Assembly (NCBI GenBank): GCA_965203515.1 | Contig: OZ241907.1 | Span: forward strand, 544,001 to 608,000 | Reading direction: 5' to 3' | DNA: 64,000 nucleotides | DNA from: Spirochaetia bacterium | GTDB taxonomy: Bacteria > Spirochaetota > Spirochaetia > SZUA-6 > Bin103 | Shown here: positions 43,902 to 54,100 of the stretch, piece after piece | Layout: every line of letters begins with the position of its first letter | Position numbering within the stretch: position 1 is the stretch's first letter | Translations under genes and position numbers: made by a program | Notes under the pieces: model-generated | Databases searched by the model: none | Told to the model about the DNA's origin: nothing | The model's input: the letters and a program-made list of their open reading frames with translations, nothing else

Positions 43902-45391
43902 AGCTTCACGTCGCGCATCAGGAACCGCAGGCGGACCGGCCGGCCGGCGGCGGGGCTCACGTCGCTGCGCCCCTGCCAGGTGACCGTCTTGGAGACGCCG
44001 TTGCCGAGCACGGCGTCGGCGGCGTCCCTGCCGAACCCCGGCAGCGGATGCCCTTCGCCGTCGAGCAGCTCCACCTTCAGCCAGCCGCCGGCGCCGGCGT
44101 CGCAGTTGAGGGCGAGCGTCCGCCCCGTGAAGCGGACCGCCGGCGTGGTCAGCTCGCCGCCGCCGTAATCGGCGTCCGCGGAGATGAACCCGTCGCGCCG
44201 CAGCGACGCGCGGAAGATGCCGGAGCGCTTGCCCAGCCGGCGCTCGTCGCCGCTCTCCACCGGGCCGCCGTGCCGGCGCTGCATGCCGGCGTAGTAGAGC
44301 CACAGCTCGTCCCCGGCGGGGATCAGCCACGGGTTCGCGTACAGCATGCCGCTGGTGACGCTGCCGTCCAGCCCGCGGCGGAGGAACGGCTTGCGGCCGC
44401 CGGCGCGGTTCCAGCGCACGCCGTCGCGGCTGGTCAGGAGCTGCACGTCCATGGTGGCCGGCCGGTCGTCCTCTCCCCAGTGATAGAAGACGGACGGCAG
44501 CATCAGGTAGACGTCCTGCGCCCACGGATACTGCATCGCGCAGCTCGTGTAGAAGTCGATGTTCGGGCGCGGATCGTCGCGCTGCCAGGGAACCGGGATG
44601 GCCAGGTCCTGCGCGTCCGCCTCGAAGGTGACGGCGAGCGGCGACCACGTGCGGAAGTCGGGGGAGGTGATGCGGCCCACGCACCGATAGCTGCCCCTGC
44701 CGGCTGCCTGCGCCGCCTCGTCGACGATCTGCGTCTCGCGGACGCGGACGTAGCCGACGTACCGCGCCAGCCGGTCGTCCCAGAACAGCATGTTCTGCAC
44801 GTCGCACATCGCGTCGCGCGGGTTGGGCTGATCGGGGTACGGCTCCCAGTGGATGCCGTCGGGCGAACGCATCGCCCACAACCCCTGCAGCGCGCCGGCG
44901 GCGATCTCCCGGTCGGTGGGCCGGAACTTGGTCCACAACTTGTAGCGTTCCGCGGCGGGGGCGCGGTCATCGCGGAAGACGGTCGCCCCCTGCATGCTCT
45001 GCCGTTCGTCCCGGGGCGCGACGATGTTGTTGCGCGTCGATCCGCGGAACGGGATCAGGCCGAGCTCGGGCTTGCGCCAGTGCAGGCCGTCGTCCGATTC
45101 GGCATAGGCGAGGCGCCGGGCGCCTTCCGAAGGCAGGCCGGCCTTCATCCACGCGTCGTACCACATGCGGAAGGCGCCGTTCGGCTCCCGCCACACGGTG
45201 TTGTAGGCGCCGATGCCCAACTCCTCCCACGGCCGGTCGGAGACCAGCACCGGCTCCGGGTGCTGGACCGGCGGGTTCATCGTCAGCGTGACGCCGGCGC
45301 TCGACTCGATGAACCGTTCGTCGATGAAGAGCTGCGGGCGCGCGTCGATCGGCAGCGCGCCGCTGCCGATCGACGGCGAGGCGCGGCTCAC
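43865..45391 (-). CDS. Hypothetical beta-propeller glycosidase-like protein
   Basis: QLFIDERFI, FRMWY, ESDDGLHWRKPELGL, SRDGVRW, RRDGFIS, LYAFRF. GTG start overlaps the upstream TGA. Confidence 0.65.
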   Translation of the reverse strand: MSRASPSIGSGALPIDARPQLFIDERFIESSAGVTLTMNPPVQHPEPVLVSDRPWEELGIGAYNTVWREPNGAFRMWYDAWMKAGLPSEGARRLAYAESDDGLHWRKPELGLIPFRGSTRNNIVAPRDERQSMQGATVFRDDRAPAAERYKLWTKFRPTDREIAAGALQGLWAMRSPDGIHWEPYPDQPNPRDAMCDVQNMLFWDDRLARYVGYVRVRETQIVDEAAQAAGRGSYRCVGRITSPDFRTWSPLAVTFEADAQDLAIPVPWQRDDPRPNIDFYTSCAMQYPWAQDVYLMLPSVFYHWGEDDRPATMDVQLLTSRDGVRWNRAGGRKPFLRRGLDGSVTSGMLYANPWLIPAGDELWLYYAGMQRRHGGPVESGDERRLGKRSGIFRASLRRDGFISADADYGGGELTTPAVRFTGRTLALNCDAGAGGWLKVELLDGEGHPLPGFGRDAADAVLGNGVSKTVTWQGRSDVSPAAGRPVRLRFLMRDVKLYAFRFLPTVNA

Positions 45392-46305
45392 TGCGGTCCT
45401 TCCATCCACGGGTACATCGGGCCCCGGAACGGGGTCGGCTCGGTGGGGCGGGGGTAGGAGCGTTTCTGCGGGTCCTTGGCCAGGCTGTCCCGCCACGCGG
45501 CGGCCCACGCTTCGCAGGTGGTCAGCGAGTGCGGGGCGGAGCGGCTGCGCGCGGTCAGGCTTGGCCACTCCGGCCGCGGCGACGGCGTGCCGAGGGTCTG
45601 GTAGCGCAGGTCCATGCTCCAGCGGATGCCGTCCGTGCGGTTGGGACCGGAGCCGTGCGGGCAGAGCTTGTGGATGAAGATCACGTCGCCCTTGCGCATC
45701 GGCACGGTCACCGGCTGGCACGGCGGCTGCGAGTCGAGGCTCCAGTAGACCGTGCGTCGCCGGTGCAGGCCGGGACAGAGCTGCAGGCAGCCGTTGGCGG
45801 CGGTCGCCTCGTTCAGCGGAAACCAGACGGTGAGCACGAACAGGTCGCGCGCCTCCGGCGTGGTGAAGATCGCGTCCTGGTGCCAGGGAGCGATGTTGGA
45901 GCCCTTGTGCTCCGCCTCGTCCGACGGGAGCTTGGCGCGCACGTGGGAGATGGCGTTGCAGACGATCTCGGGGCCGATGAACCCCTCGACCAGGTCGAGC
46001 AGGCGCGGGTTGCGCATCACCTCGAACAGGCCGCGCGTGCGGGTCCGGCCGATGTCCAGGGCCGAGTCGGACGCGAAGTAGGTCGCCGCGTCCTCGTCGC
46101 AGATGCGGGCCAGCCGCGTGTCGAACGGTTCGTCGTCGTAGAGGCGCGAGATGCGCCCCTCCGCGCGCAGTCGGCGCGCGATGCGGTCGACGATCGCCGC
46201 GTAGTCGTCGATCACCGGCTGCAGGTCCTCGCCGGTCAGCGCCCCCTCCACCACCACGTACCCCTGCTCCACGAACCGATCGCGGTGCTCCCGGCTCAGC
46301 TCCAT
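45388..46305 (-). CDS. Phytanoyl-CoA dioxygenase (PhyH) family protein
   Basis: FVEQGYVVV, PWHQD, NGCLQ, GDVIFIHKLCPHGSGPN, RWSMDLRY. Confidence 0.87.
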   Translation of the reverse strand: MELSREHRDRFVEQGYVVVEGALTGEDLQPVIDDYAAIVDRIARRLRAEGRISRLYDDEPFDTRLARICDEDAATYFASDSALDIGRTRTRGLFEVMRNPRLLDLVEGFIGPEIVCNAISHVRAKLPSDEAEHKGSNIAPWHQDAIFTTPEARDLFVLTVWFPLNEATAANGCLQLCPGLHRRRTVYWSLDSQPPCQPVTVPMRKGDVIFIHKLCPHGSGPNRTDGIRWSMDLRYQTLGTPSPRPEWPSLTARSRSAPHSLTTCEAWAAAWRDSLAKDPQKRSYPRPTEPTPFRGPMYPWMEGPQ

Positions 46306-46415
46306 ACGCCTTGGCCGGCAGGATACCAGATCGAACGGCGCGCCGGATCGGGGCGGCCATGATCGGCGGCTCTGCTGGCGCCGGGCCGGCGGTTCCTGCA
46401 CACTGCCGGTGCGCC

Positions 46416-49400
46416 GTGATTGCCGAGACGCTTCCCGACCTTCCTCCGCGCATCGGCGATCTGGTCGAGGTGCGCTCGCGCCGCTGGCTGGTGGAAGCGG
46501 TCGAGCGACCCCATCTGCAGTCCGCGCGGGTGAGTCTGGCGTGCGCCGACGACGATGCCCAGGGAGAGACCCTGGAGGTCTACTGGGACCTGGAGCTCGA
46601 CCGGAGCATCCTGGCGCAGGAGGGGTGGAGCGGCCTGGGCGCCAAGGGCTTCGACCCGCCGCAGCAGTTCGGCGCGTTCCTGCGCACGCTGCGCTGGAAC
46701 TGCGTCACCGCCACCGATCCCAACCTGCTGCAGGCGCCGTTCCGGGCCGGCATCAAGATCGACGCCTACCAGATGGAGCCGTTGCGCAAGGCGCTGCGCC
46801 TGGCCCGCGTCAACCTGTTCATCGCCGACGACACCGGCCTGGGCAAGACGATCGAGGCCGGCCTGATCGCCCGCGAGTTGCTGCTCCGCAAGAAGGCGCG
46901 CACGGTGGTCGTGGCCGCCCCGGCCTCGGTGCTGGAGCAGTGGAAGTCGGAGCTGGAGGAACGGTTCGGGCTCCTGTTCGTGATCCTCGACCGCGCCTAC
47001 CTGGCGGGGATGCGCCGCGAGCGCGGCTTCGGGGTCAATCCGTGGTCGACCCACAGCCGCTTCATCGTGTCGCACAACCTGCTGATCGATCCGGCCTATG
47101 CCGATCCGCTGCGCGAGCGGCTCGGCGACTTGGCGCCCGGCAGCCTGTTGATCCTGGACGAAGCCCACCATGCGGCGCCGTCGAGCGGCGGGCGCTACGG
47201 CATCGAGACCCGGTTCACCCGCGCCGTGCGCGATCTGGGCGGCCGCTTCGAGCACCGCCTGTTCCTGTCCGCCACCCCGCACAACGGCCATTCCAACAGC
47301 TTCGCCACCTTGCTGGAGCTGCTCGATCCCTACCGCTTCACGCGCGGCGTGCCGGTGCGCGGCAGGGGCGCCCTGGACGAGGTGATGGTGCGCCGCATCA
47401 AGGAGGACCTGCGCGCGGTGCAGGGCGGATTCCCCCGCCGCGAGGTGCGCCGGATGGTGATCGACCGGCTGCCGGAGGAGGCGCCGGAGCTGGTGCTGTC
47501 GCGGCTGCTCGACGAGTACCGCGGCGTGCGGGAGGAGCGGTTGCAAGCGATCCCGGCGCGGGCGCGCGCCGCCGCCGGGCTGCTGGTGGTGGGACTGCAG
47601 CAGCGGCTGCTGTCATCGATCGAGGCGTTCGCCATCTCGCTCCGGCGGCATCGCCGGACGGTCCGGGAGCAGTGGGAGCGGGCGGCGGCCGGCGAGGGGC
47701 GCGGCGCTGACCAGGGCGCGGCGGACCGCGGAGCCGCGTTCGCGGCGACTGCCGCGGCGGACCGGTTCGCTGCGCCGCCGGACGCCGACGACGAGCGCGC
47801 GGAGCAGACCGACGACGAGCGCGCGGCCGACGATGAGGTCCAGGTCGAGGCGGTCAATGCCGTTGCCGAGCGGGCCGCGGCCGGGCGCGCCGCGGCCGGG
47901 ACGCCGGACGCCGAGTCGCTGTGGCGCCGGGAACAGGCGCTGCTGGAGCGGATGGAGCAGGCGGCGGACGCCGCGCGCGGCCGGCCCGACGCCAAGACGC
48001 GCGCGCTGATCCGCTGGATCGAGGAGCATCTGTGCCCCGACCGGCCGCGCTGGAACCACCGGCGGGTGCTGATCTTCACCGAGAACGTGGTCGGCACCAA
48101 GCGCTACCTGCGCGAGATGCTGGCGCAGGCCGTGGCTGGCACCGAGCTGGCCGAGGAGCGGATCGAGACGATCGACGGCCAGACCACCGGCGCCAACCGC
48201 CGGGAGCTGCAGCGCCGCTTCAACGCCGACCCGGAACATGACCCGCTACGCATCCTGATCGCCACCGACGCCGCGCGCGAGGGGCTCAACTTCCAGGCGC
48301 ACTGCACCGACCTGTTCCACTTCGACCTGCCCTGGAATCCGGGCCGGATCGAGCAGCGCAACGGCCGCATCGACCGCAAGCTGCAACCGGCGCCGCGCGT
48401 GCGCTGCCACTACTTCGCGCTGCCGCAACGCGCCGAGGACCGCGTGCTGGAAGTGCTGGTGCGGAAGACGGAGACGATCAAGCGCGAGTTGGGCAGCCTC
48501 TCCCAGGTGATCGACGACGACATCGAGCGCCGCCTGCGCGGCGGCATCCGGCACGCCGAAGCGGGGCGCCTGGCGCGGGCGATCGAAGCGGCCGACCCGG
48601 ACCGGGAGAAGAAGCGGGTCGCGGCCGAGGAGCTGGAGGCGGCGCGGGCGCGGCAGGAGGACCTCAAGGAGCAGATCGAGCGCTGCCGCGGCCTGCTCGA
48701 CCGGTCGCGCCGCTGGGCGCAGTTCACGCCGGAGCCGTTTCGCGCCGCGCTCTCCTGCTCGCTCGCCCTGCTCGGCGCGGAACCGTTGCGGGAAGGGCGC
48801 GCCGCGGACGGCTCGCCGGTGTGGACCTTCCCGCCGCTGGACGGCCGGGCGCGGACGGACGTGAGCTGGGCCGCCACCCTGGACACGTTGCGCGTACCGC
48901 GCAAGCGCAACCAGAAGCTGGCCGATTGGCGGCGCGAGGCGCCGCTCCGCCCGGTGGTGTTCGAGGATGCCGGCGTGCTCACCGACGCGACCGTGCACCT
49001 GCACCTGGAGCAGCGCATGGCGCAGCGCCTGCTGGCTCGCTTCCGCGCGCAGGGCTTCATCCATCACGACCTGTCCCGCGCCTGCCTGGTGCAGGCCGCC
49101 GACTCGATCCCGCGGGTGATCCTGCTGGGCCGGCTCTGCCTGTACGGGCGCGGCGCCGAGCGCCTGCACGAGGCCCTGACGCCGGTCGCCGCGCGCTGGA
49201 TCGAGCCGTCGCGCCGTACCGGGCCGCTACGGGCATACGCCGGGGAGGCCGAGGCGCGCACCCTCGAACGCCTGGAGGACGCGCTGCAGGACGCCCGCGC
49301 GCCGGGCCGAATGATCCACCACCGGCTGCTGGCAACCGCCGCCCGGGACCTGGAAGAGCTGCTGCCGCAGCTCGAAGAGCGCGCCGGGAGCGCCGCCGCG

Positions 49401-49712
49401 GGCGCCGCGGAGGGGCTGCGCCGGCGCGGGGAGAGCGAGGCGCGGCAGCTCCGCGAGACCCTGGAACGCCAGCGCCGGCGCGTGCGGGCGGAGCTCGACC
49501 GGCACGACGCCGAAGCGGCGCAGATCACGATGGAGTTCAGCGAGGATGAGCAGCGCCAGCGCCGGGCCGACGTGGCAGCGTGGCGCCGCCGCCTCACGCA
49601 ATTCGACCGCGACCTGGAATCCGAACCGGCCCGCATCCGCGATTTCTACGAGGTACGCGCGCAACGGGTCGAGCCGGTCGGTCTGGTCTACCTGTGGCCG
49701 GACACGGGATGA
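46416..49712 (+). CDS. drmD: DISARM class 1 SNF2-like helicase DrmD
   Basis: LVEVRSRRWLV, LRWNCVTATDP, ADDTGLGKT, LDEAHH, LSATPHNG, PWNPGRIEQRNGRIDR, EPVGLVYLWP; followed by an N6-adenine methyltransferase. Confidence 0.85.
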   Translation: MIAETLPDLPPRIGDLVEVRSRRWLVEAVERPHLQSARVSLACADDDAQGETLEVYWDLELDRSILAQEGWSGLGAKGFDPPQQFGAFLRTLRWNCVTATDPNLLQAPFRAGIKIDAYQMEPLRKALRLARVNLFIADDTGLGKTIEAGLIARELLLRKKARTVVVAAPASVLEQWKSELEERFGLLFVILDRAYLAGMRRERGFGVNPWSTHSRFIVSHNLLIDPAYADPLRERLGDLAPGSLLILDEAHHAAPSSGGRYGIETRFTRAVRDLGGRFEHRLFLSATPHNGHSNSFATLLELLDPYRFTRGVPVRGRGALDEVMVRRIKEDLRAVQGGFPRREVRRMVIDRLPEEAPELVLSRLLDEYRGVREERLQAIPARARAAAGLLVVGLQQRLLSSIEAFAISLRRHRRTVREQWERAAAGEGRGADQGAADRGAAFAATAAADRFAAPPDADDERAEQTDDERAADDEVQVEAVNAVAERAAAGRAAAGTPDAESLWRREQALLERMEQAADAARGRPDAKTRALIRWIEEHLCPDRPRWNHRRVLIFTENVVGTKRYLREMLAQAVAGTELAEERIETIDGQTTGANRRELQRRFNADPEHDPLRILIATDAAREGLNFQAHCTDLFHFDLPWNPGRIEQRNGRIDRKLQPAPRVRCHYFALPQRAEDRVLEVLVRKTETIKRELGSLSQVIDDDIERRLRGGIRHAEAGRLARAIEAADPDREKKRVAAEELEAARARQEDLKEQIERCRGLLDRSRRWAQFTPEPFRAALSCSLALLGAEPLREGRAADGSPVWTFPPLDGRARTDVSWAATLDTLRVPRKRNQKLADWRREAPLRPVVFEDAGVLTDATVHLHLEQRMAQRLLARFRAQGFIHHDLSRACLVQAADSIPRVILLGRLCLYGRGAERLHEALTPVAARWIEPSRRTGPLRAYAGEAEARTLERLEDALQDARAPGRMIHHRLLATAARDLEELLPQLEERAGSAAAGAAEGLRRRGESEARQLRETLERQRRRVRAELDRHDAEAAQITMEFSEDEQRQRRADVAAWRRRLTQFDRDLESEPARIRDFYEVRAQRVEPVGLVYLWPDTG

Positions 49713-49719
49713 CGGACCG

Positions 49720-51075
49720 ATGAAGGACCTGCACTTTCAAGAACTCCGGCTCGAAAACTTCCGCTGCTTTCGCGAGCGACAGACAGCCCGGATGGCGCCG
49801 CTGACCCTGCTGGTCGGCGAGAACGGCACCGGCAAGACCTCGTTCCTGGCCGCGATGCCGGCGATTCTCGACGTTGCGAACGCTGCGAGCGTTGCGAGCT
49901 TCCCCAGTGAACCCGACTTCTGCAGCGCGCCTTACGATCTGGGCTCGTTCCCGGAACTAGTGCATCGACAGCGGCTCGGCGCGGGAGCCGAGTCGTTCGG
50001 TATCGGCTTCCGGTGCGGCGGAATCAAGCTTGGCGATTTCACGTTCGACGCAACGTTCATCCAGGGGAGGGACGCCGCGCCGGCGCTCGCTGCCACGTCG
50101 TGGAGCTCCGGCGACTCCTGGATCAGGGAGCATCGCAGTGCCTCCGATCCCCGCATCGAACTGGGCTGCGCACGCGGCGCATGGCGGCTGCCGGTTCCGG
50201 CTCGACGGCCCGACCCCAGCCGTCTCCACGGCGTCGCGGCATTCGAGAGGGCGAGGTTGTTCCTGATCGCGGCGGAACGCGGCGCGGCGGATGGTCTGCA
50301 ACCGCTGCCGGGCACCCGCGGATTTCCCACCAGAGACGATTACGACAACTTCGGCAGACTGTACGGCGCCGGCGCCGGCTGCGTCGCCAACTGGTACGAC
50401 GAAGCACCGTTTCCATCCAGCCCGCAGCGCACCTACGATCCGAAGCGTCTGGCCGACGATCCCCATGGTTATCTGGTGGCGGCGTTTCTCGCGGATATTC
50501 ACCAAAGGGACCGGGAGCGATGGCATGATCTGAAGCGAGGTATGGAGGAGTTTGGCCGCAGGTCCGGTCTGTTCGACGAGATATTCGTCACCCGCCTTGG
50601 CACGCACCAACACGATCGTTTCCGGTTGGAAGTACGGAAGTGGGGAAAGCAGGACAAGGGGCCGAAGCGCAACCTGATCGACGTCGGCTACGGCGTGAGC
50701 CAGGTGTTGCCTCTGTTGCTGGAGCTGGTCGACGAGGACGGCGCCCGGTCGTTCCTCGTTCAGCAACCCGAGGCATACCTTCACCCCGGCGCGCAGGCGG
50801 CTCTCGGCAGCCTGTTCTGCGCGACCGCGGCGTCCGGCCGCCAACTCATCGTCGAAACCCACAGCGACTACCTCATCGACCGCGTCCTGCTCGATATTCG
50901 AGACAAACGTACGGACTTGAAGCCGGATGACGTATCGATTCTCTATTTCGAGCGTGCAGACCACTCGGTGACGATTCACTCGATCCGCATCGACGCGGAA
51001 GGTAACGTGCTCGATGCTCCCGAGGGATACCGCAGGTTCTTCAAAGATGAGCTGCAACGGGTGATCGACTACTGA
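49720..51075 (+). CDS. AAA_15/AAA_21 ATPase (DUF3696-like)
   Basis: LENFRCF, GENGTGKT, DVGYGVSQVLP, QQPEAYLHP, VETHSDY. Confidence 0.85.
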   Translation: MKDLHFQELRLENFRCFRERQTARMAPLTLLVGENGTGKTSFLAAMPAILDVANAASVASFPSEPDFCSAPYDLGSFPELVHRQRLGAGAESFGIGFRCGGIKLGDFTFDATFIQGRDAAPALAATSWSSGDSWIREHRSASDPRIELGCARGAWRLPVPARRPDPSRLHGVAAFERARLFLIAAERGAADGLQPLPGTRGFPTRDDYDNFGRLYGAGAGCVANWYDEAPFPSSPQRTYDPKRLADDPHGYLVAAFLADIHQRDRERWHDLKRGMEEFGRRSGLFDEIFVTRLGTHQHDRFRLEVRKWGKQDKGPKRNLIDVGYGVSQVLPLLLELVDEDGARSFLVQQPEAYLHPGAQAALGSLFCATAASGRQLIVETHSDYLIDRVLLDIRDKRTDLKPDDVSILYFERADHSVTIHSIRIDAEGNVLDAPEGYRRFFKDELQRVIDY

Positions 51076-51107
51076 TGTGCGCCATCGTCGATGCGGAAGC
51101 GCGCTGA
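51075..51107 (+). pseudogene. 10-codon relic (MCAIVDAEAR*), probably a truncated PIN-like partner gene
   Basis: TGATG coupling to the ATPase stop. The hhhD start resembles PIN strand 1, which is inference. Confidence 0.35.
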
Positions 51108-51112
51108 CGCGC

Positions 51113-54100
51113 ATGCCGGCTCCCGATCCGAACACGCGCGCGCATCTGGAATGGCTGGGCTACATCCAGCCGCACGGTCTGGTGGTGTCGGCGCCGGCGC
51201 TGGTCAAGGCGGGCGCGATCGTCAACCGGCAGGACGCGCACCGGCAGGCGCTGCTCGCCGGCTGCACGGAGGAACGCGCGCTCGCTCCCGACCGGCAGCC
51301 CACAGCGTGCATCCGCGACTTTCGCGAGTTCGCCGGCGCGGTCCTGGGCTGGCGCTTCTCGCCCAAGGGCTACGCCGGCTTCACCGAAGAAACTCCGATC
51401 CCTGAAGAACTGACGCTGCCGCTGCCCGATTACGGCGAGACCCTGCGCCCGGACTTCGCGGTGCGCGAGCGCGATCCGGCGAACGGCGCGTCGCAGTGGC
51501 AACTGCTGGTGCAGGTGCTGGCCGCCGGCCAGGACTTCGACCGCCCGGCGCCCGGCGGGCTGGAAGCGTCCGCCCAGGGGCGCGCCGAGCGCCTGCTGCG
51601 CGCCACCGGGGTGCCGGCCGGCGTGCTGGTCAACGGCGCTGCGCTGCGCCTGATCTCCGCCCCGCGCGGCGAGAGTTCCGGCTGGATCGACTTCCGCTTC
51701 GCCGACCTGCTCACCACCGCCGGACGCCCGCTCTGCTCCGCCCTGCACCTGCTCCTCTCCGAACAGCGGCTGCTGGCGCTGCCGCGCCAGAAACGCCTCA
51801 CCGCCTTGCTCGCCGACAGCCGCCGGTACCAGAACGAGGTCTCCGAGCGCCTGGCCGAGCAGGTCCTGCACGCGCTGTACGAGCTGCTGCGCGGCTTCCA
51901 GAACGCCCACGACGCATCGGACGGCGCGTTGCTGAGCGAGCCGCTGGCCGGCGGCGGCGACCGCAACGACATCTACCGCGGACTGCTCGCCGTCATCCTG
52001 CGGCTGGTCTTCCTGCTGTACGCGGAGGAGCGCGGCCTGCTGCCGGAGGATGCGACCTTCGCGCGCCACTACGCGCTGGGCGGCCTCTACCAGCGGCTGC
52101 GCAAGGACGCTGCGGCGCACCCGGACACGATGGACCAGCGGTATGGCGCCTGGGCGCAGTTGCTGGTGCTGTTTCGCCTGCTCCACGACGGGGTTGCGGC
52201 GCACCGCACCGGCGGGGCGGTGAGTCTGCCGGAGCGGCGCGGCGCGCTGTTCGACCCGGACCGCTACCGGTTCCTGGAGGGCCGCAGCGGCAGCGGGGCG
52301 CGGCAGCTCTCCGAGCGGGTGCAGCCGCCGCGGGTATCCGACGGGGTGATCTACCGGGTCCTGGAGAAGCTGCTGGTGCTGGACGGGGAGCGGCTCTCCT
52401 ACCGGACGCTGGACGTGGAGCAGATCGGCTCGGTGTACGAGACGATCATGGGCTTTCGCCTGGAGACGGCGGCCGGGCGCTCGGTGGCGGTCAAGCCGGC
52501 GAAGAAGCTGGGCGCGCCCACCACGATCGACCTCGACGCGCTGCTGGCGCAGCCTGCGGGGCGCCGCGGGCGCTGGCTGCAGGAGCGCGCCGACCGCCCT
52601 GTCAGCGCTGCAGTCGCCAAGGGAGTGCGCGCCGCGCAGAGCGTGAATGACCTGCACGCGGCGCTGGACCGGGTGCTGGATCACGCCGCGACGCCGGACC
52701 TGGTGCCGGCCGGCGGGCTGGTGCTGCAGCCCAACGAGGAGCGGCGCCGTTCCGGCTCGCACTACACGCCGCGGGAGCTGACCGAGCCGATCGTGCGCCA
52801 CACGCTGGCGCCGCTGCTGGCGCGGCTGCGCGGGGCGGACGGCCGCCCGCCGCGCCCGGAGCGGGTACTCGATCTCAAGGTCTGCGATCCGGCGATGGGA
52901 TCGGGGGCGTTTCTGGTGGAGACCTGCCGCCAGCTTGCCGACGCGCTGATCGAGGCGTGGGGCGCGCACGGCACGCTGCCCGACATCCCGGCGGATGAGG
53001 ACGAGGTGACCTTCGCGCGCCGCCTGGTGGCGCAGCGGTGTCTGTACGGCATCGACCGCAACCCGATGGCGGTCGACCTGGCCAAGGTGTCGCTGTGGCT
53101 GAGCACGCTGGCGCGCGACCATCCGTTCACCTTCGTGGACCATGCGTTCCGGCACGGCGACTCGCTGGTGGGGCTGACGCGGCGGCAGCTCGAAGCGCTG
53201 CACTGGCAGGGCGGGCAGCCGATCCTGGCCGGCTTCGGGGTGCGCGAGGCGTTGGAGGAAGCAGCGGCGTTGCGGCGCCGGATTCGGGAGGCGGACGAAA
53301 CGGTGACCGACCGGCAGTTGCAGACGCTGTGGCGCGGCGCGCAGGACGCGCTGGAGGAGGTGCGGCGGTTCGGCGATCTGACGCTGGCGGCGTTCTTCGA
53401 GGGCTCGAAGCCGAAGGAGCGCGCGGCGCGCCGGGCGGCGTACCAGGAAGCGATTCTGACGCGGCAGGCGCGGCGCTACGCGGAGGAGTTGGCGGCGCGC
53501 CGTAACGCCGAGGTGCCGTTCGCACCGTTCCACTGGGAGATCGAGTTCCCGGAGGTGTTCGAGCGGGAGAACCCCGGCTTCGACGGCTTCGTCGGCAATC
53601 CGCCGTTTCTCGGAGGCAAGAGAATCAGCACGACACTTGGTACGCCATACCGCGATTGGCTCTCGTTTCTTCATATCGACTCGAACAGCAATACCGACAT
53701 CGTCGCTCACTTCTTCCGTAGAGCATTCAATCTCACCCGTAAGGACGGCGCCTTTGGTCTCATCGCGACGAACACTATTTCCCAAGGTGACACCCGCTCA
53801 GGCGGTCTTCGATGGATCGGCAATAACGGCGGCGAGATATACCGCGCTCGTCGGCGGGTGAAGTGGCCGGGCGTTGCTGCGGTCGTAGTGAGTGTCGTAC
53901 ATGTTACCAAAGGTCGCTTCTCTGGCGTAAAGTATCTCGACGACACAAAGGCAGATACCATCACAGCGTTCCTTTTCCACAAAGGAGGACATGACGATCC
54001 CGTACGATTGGTAGCAAACGAAGGCAAGAGCTTCGTAGGCAGTTTCGTTCGAGGAATGGGATTTACCTTCGACGATACTGACAGGAATGGCGTTGCATCA

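Noticed and set aside
42240..44936. Long antisense/alternate-frame ORFs (e.g. 42240..44936, 51041..53785, 9766..11511, 20680..22641)
   Set aside because: They overlap well-supported genes and are Arg/Pro/Ala-rich with no motifs, as expected in high-GC DNA.
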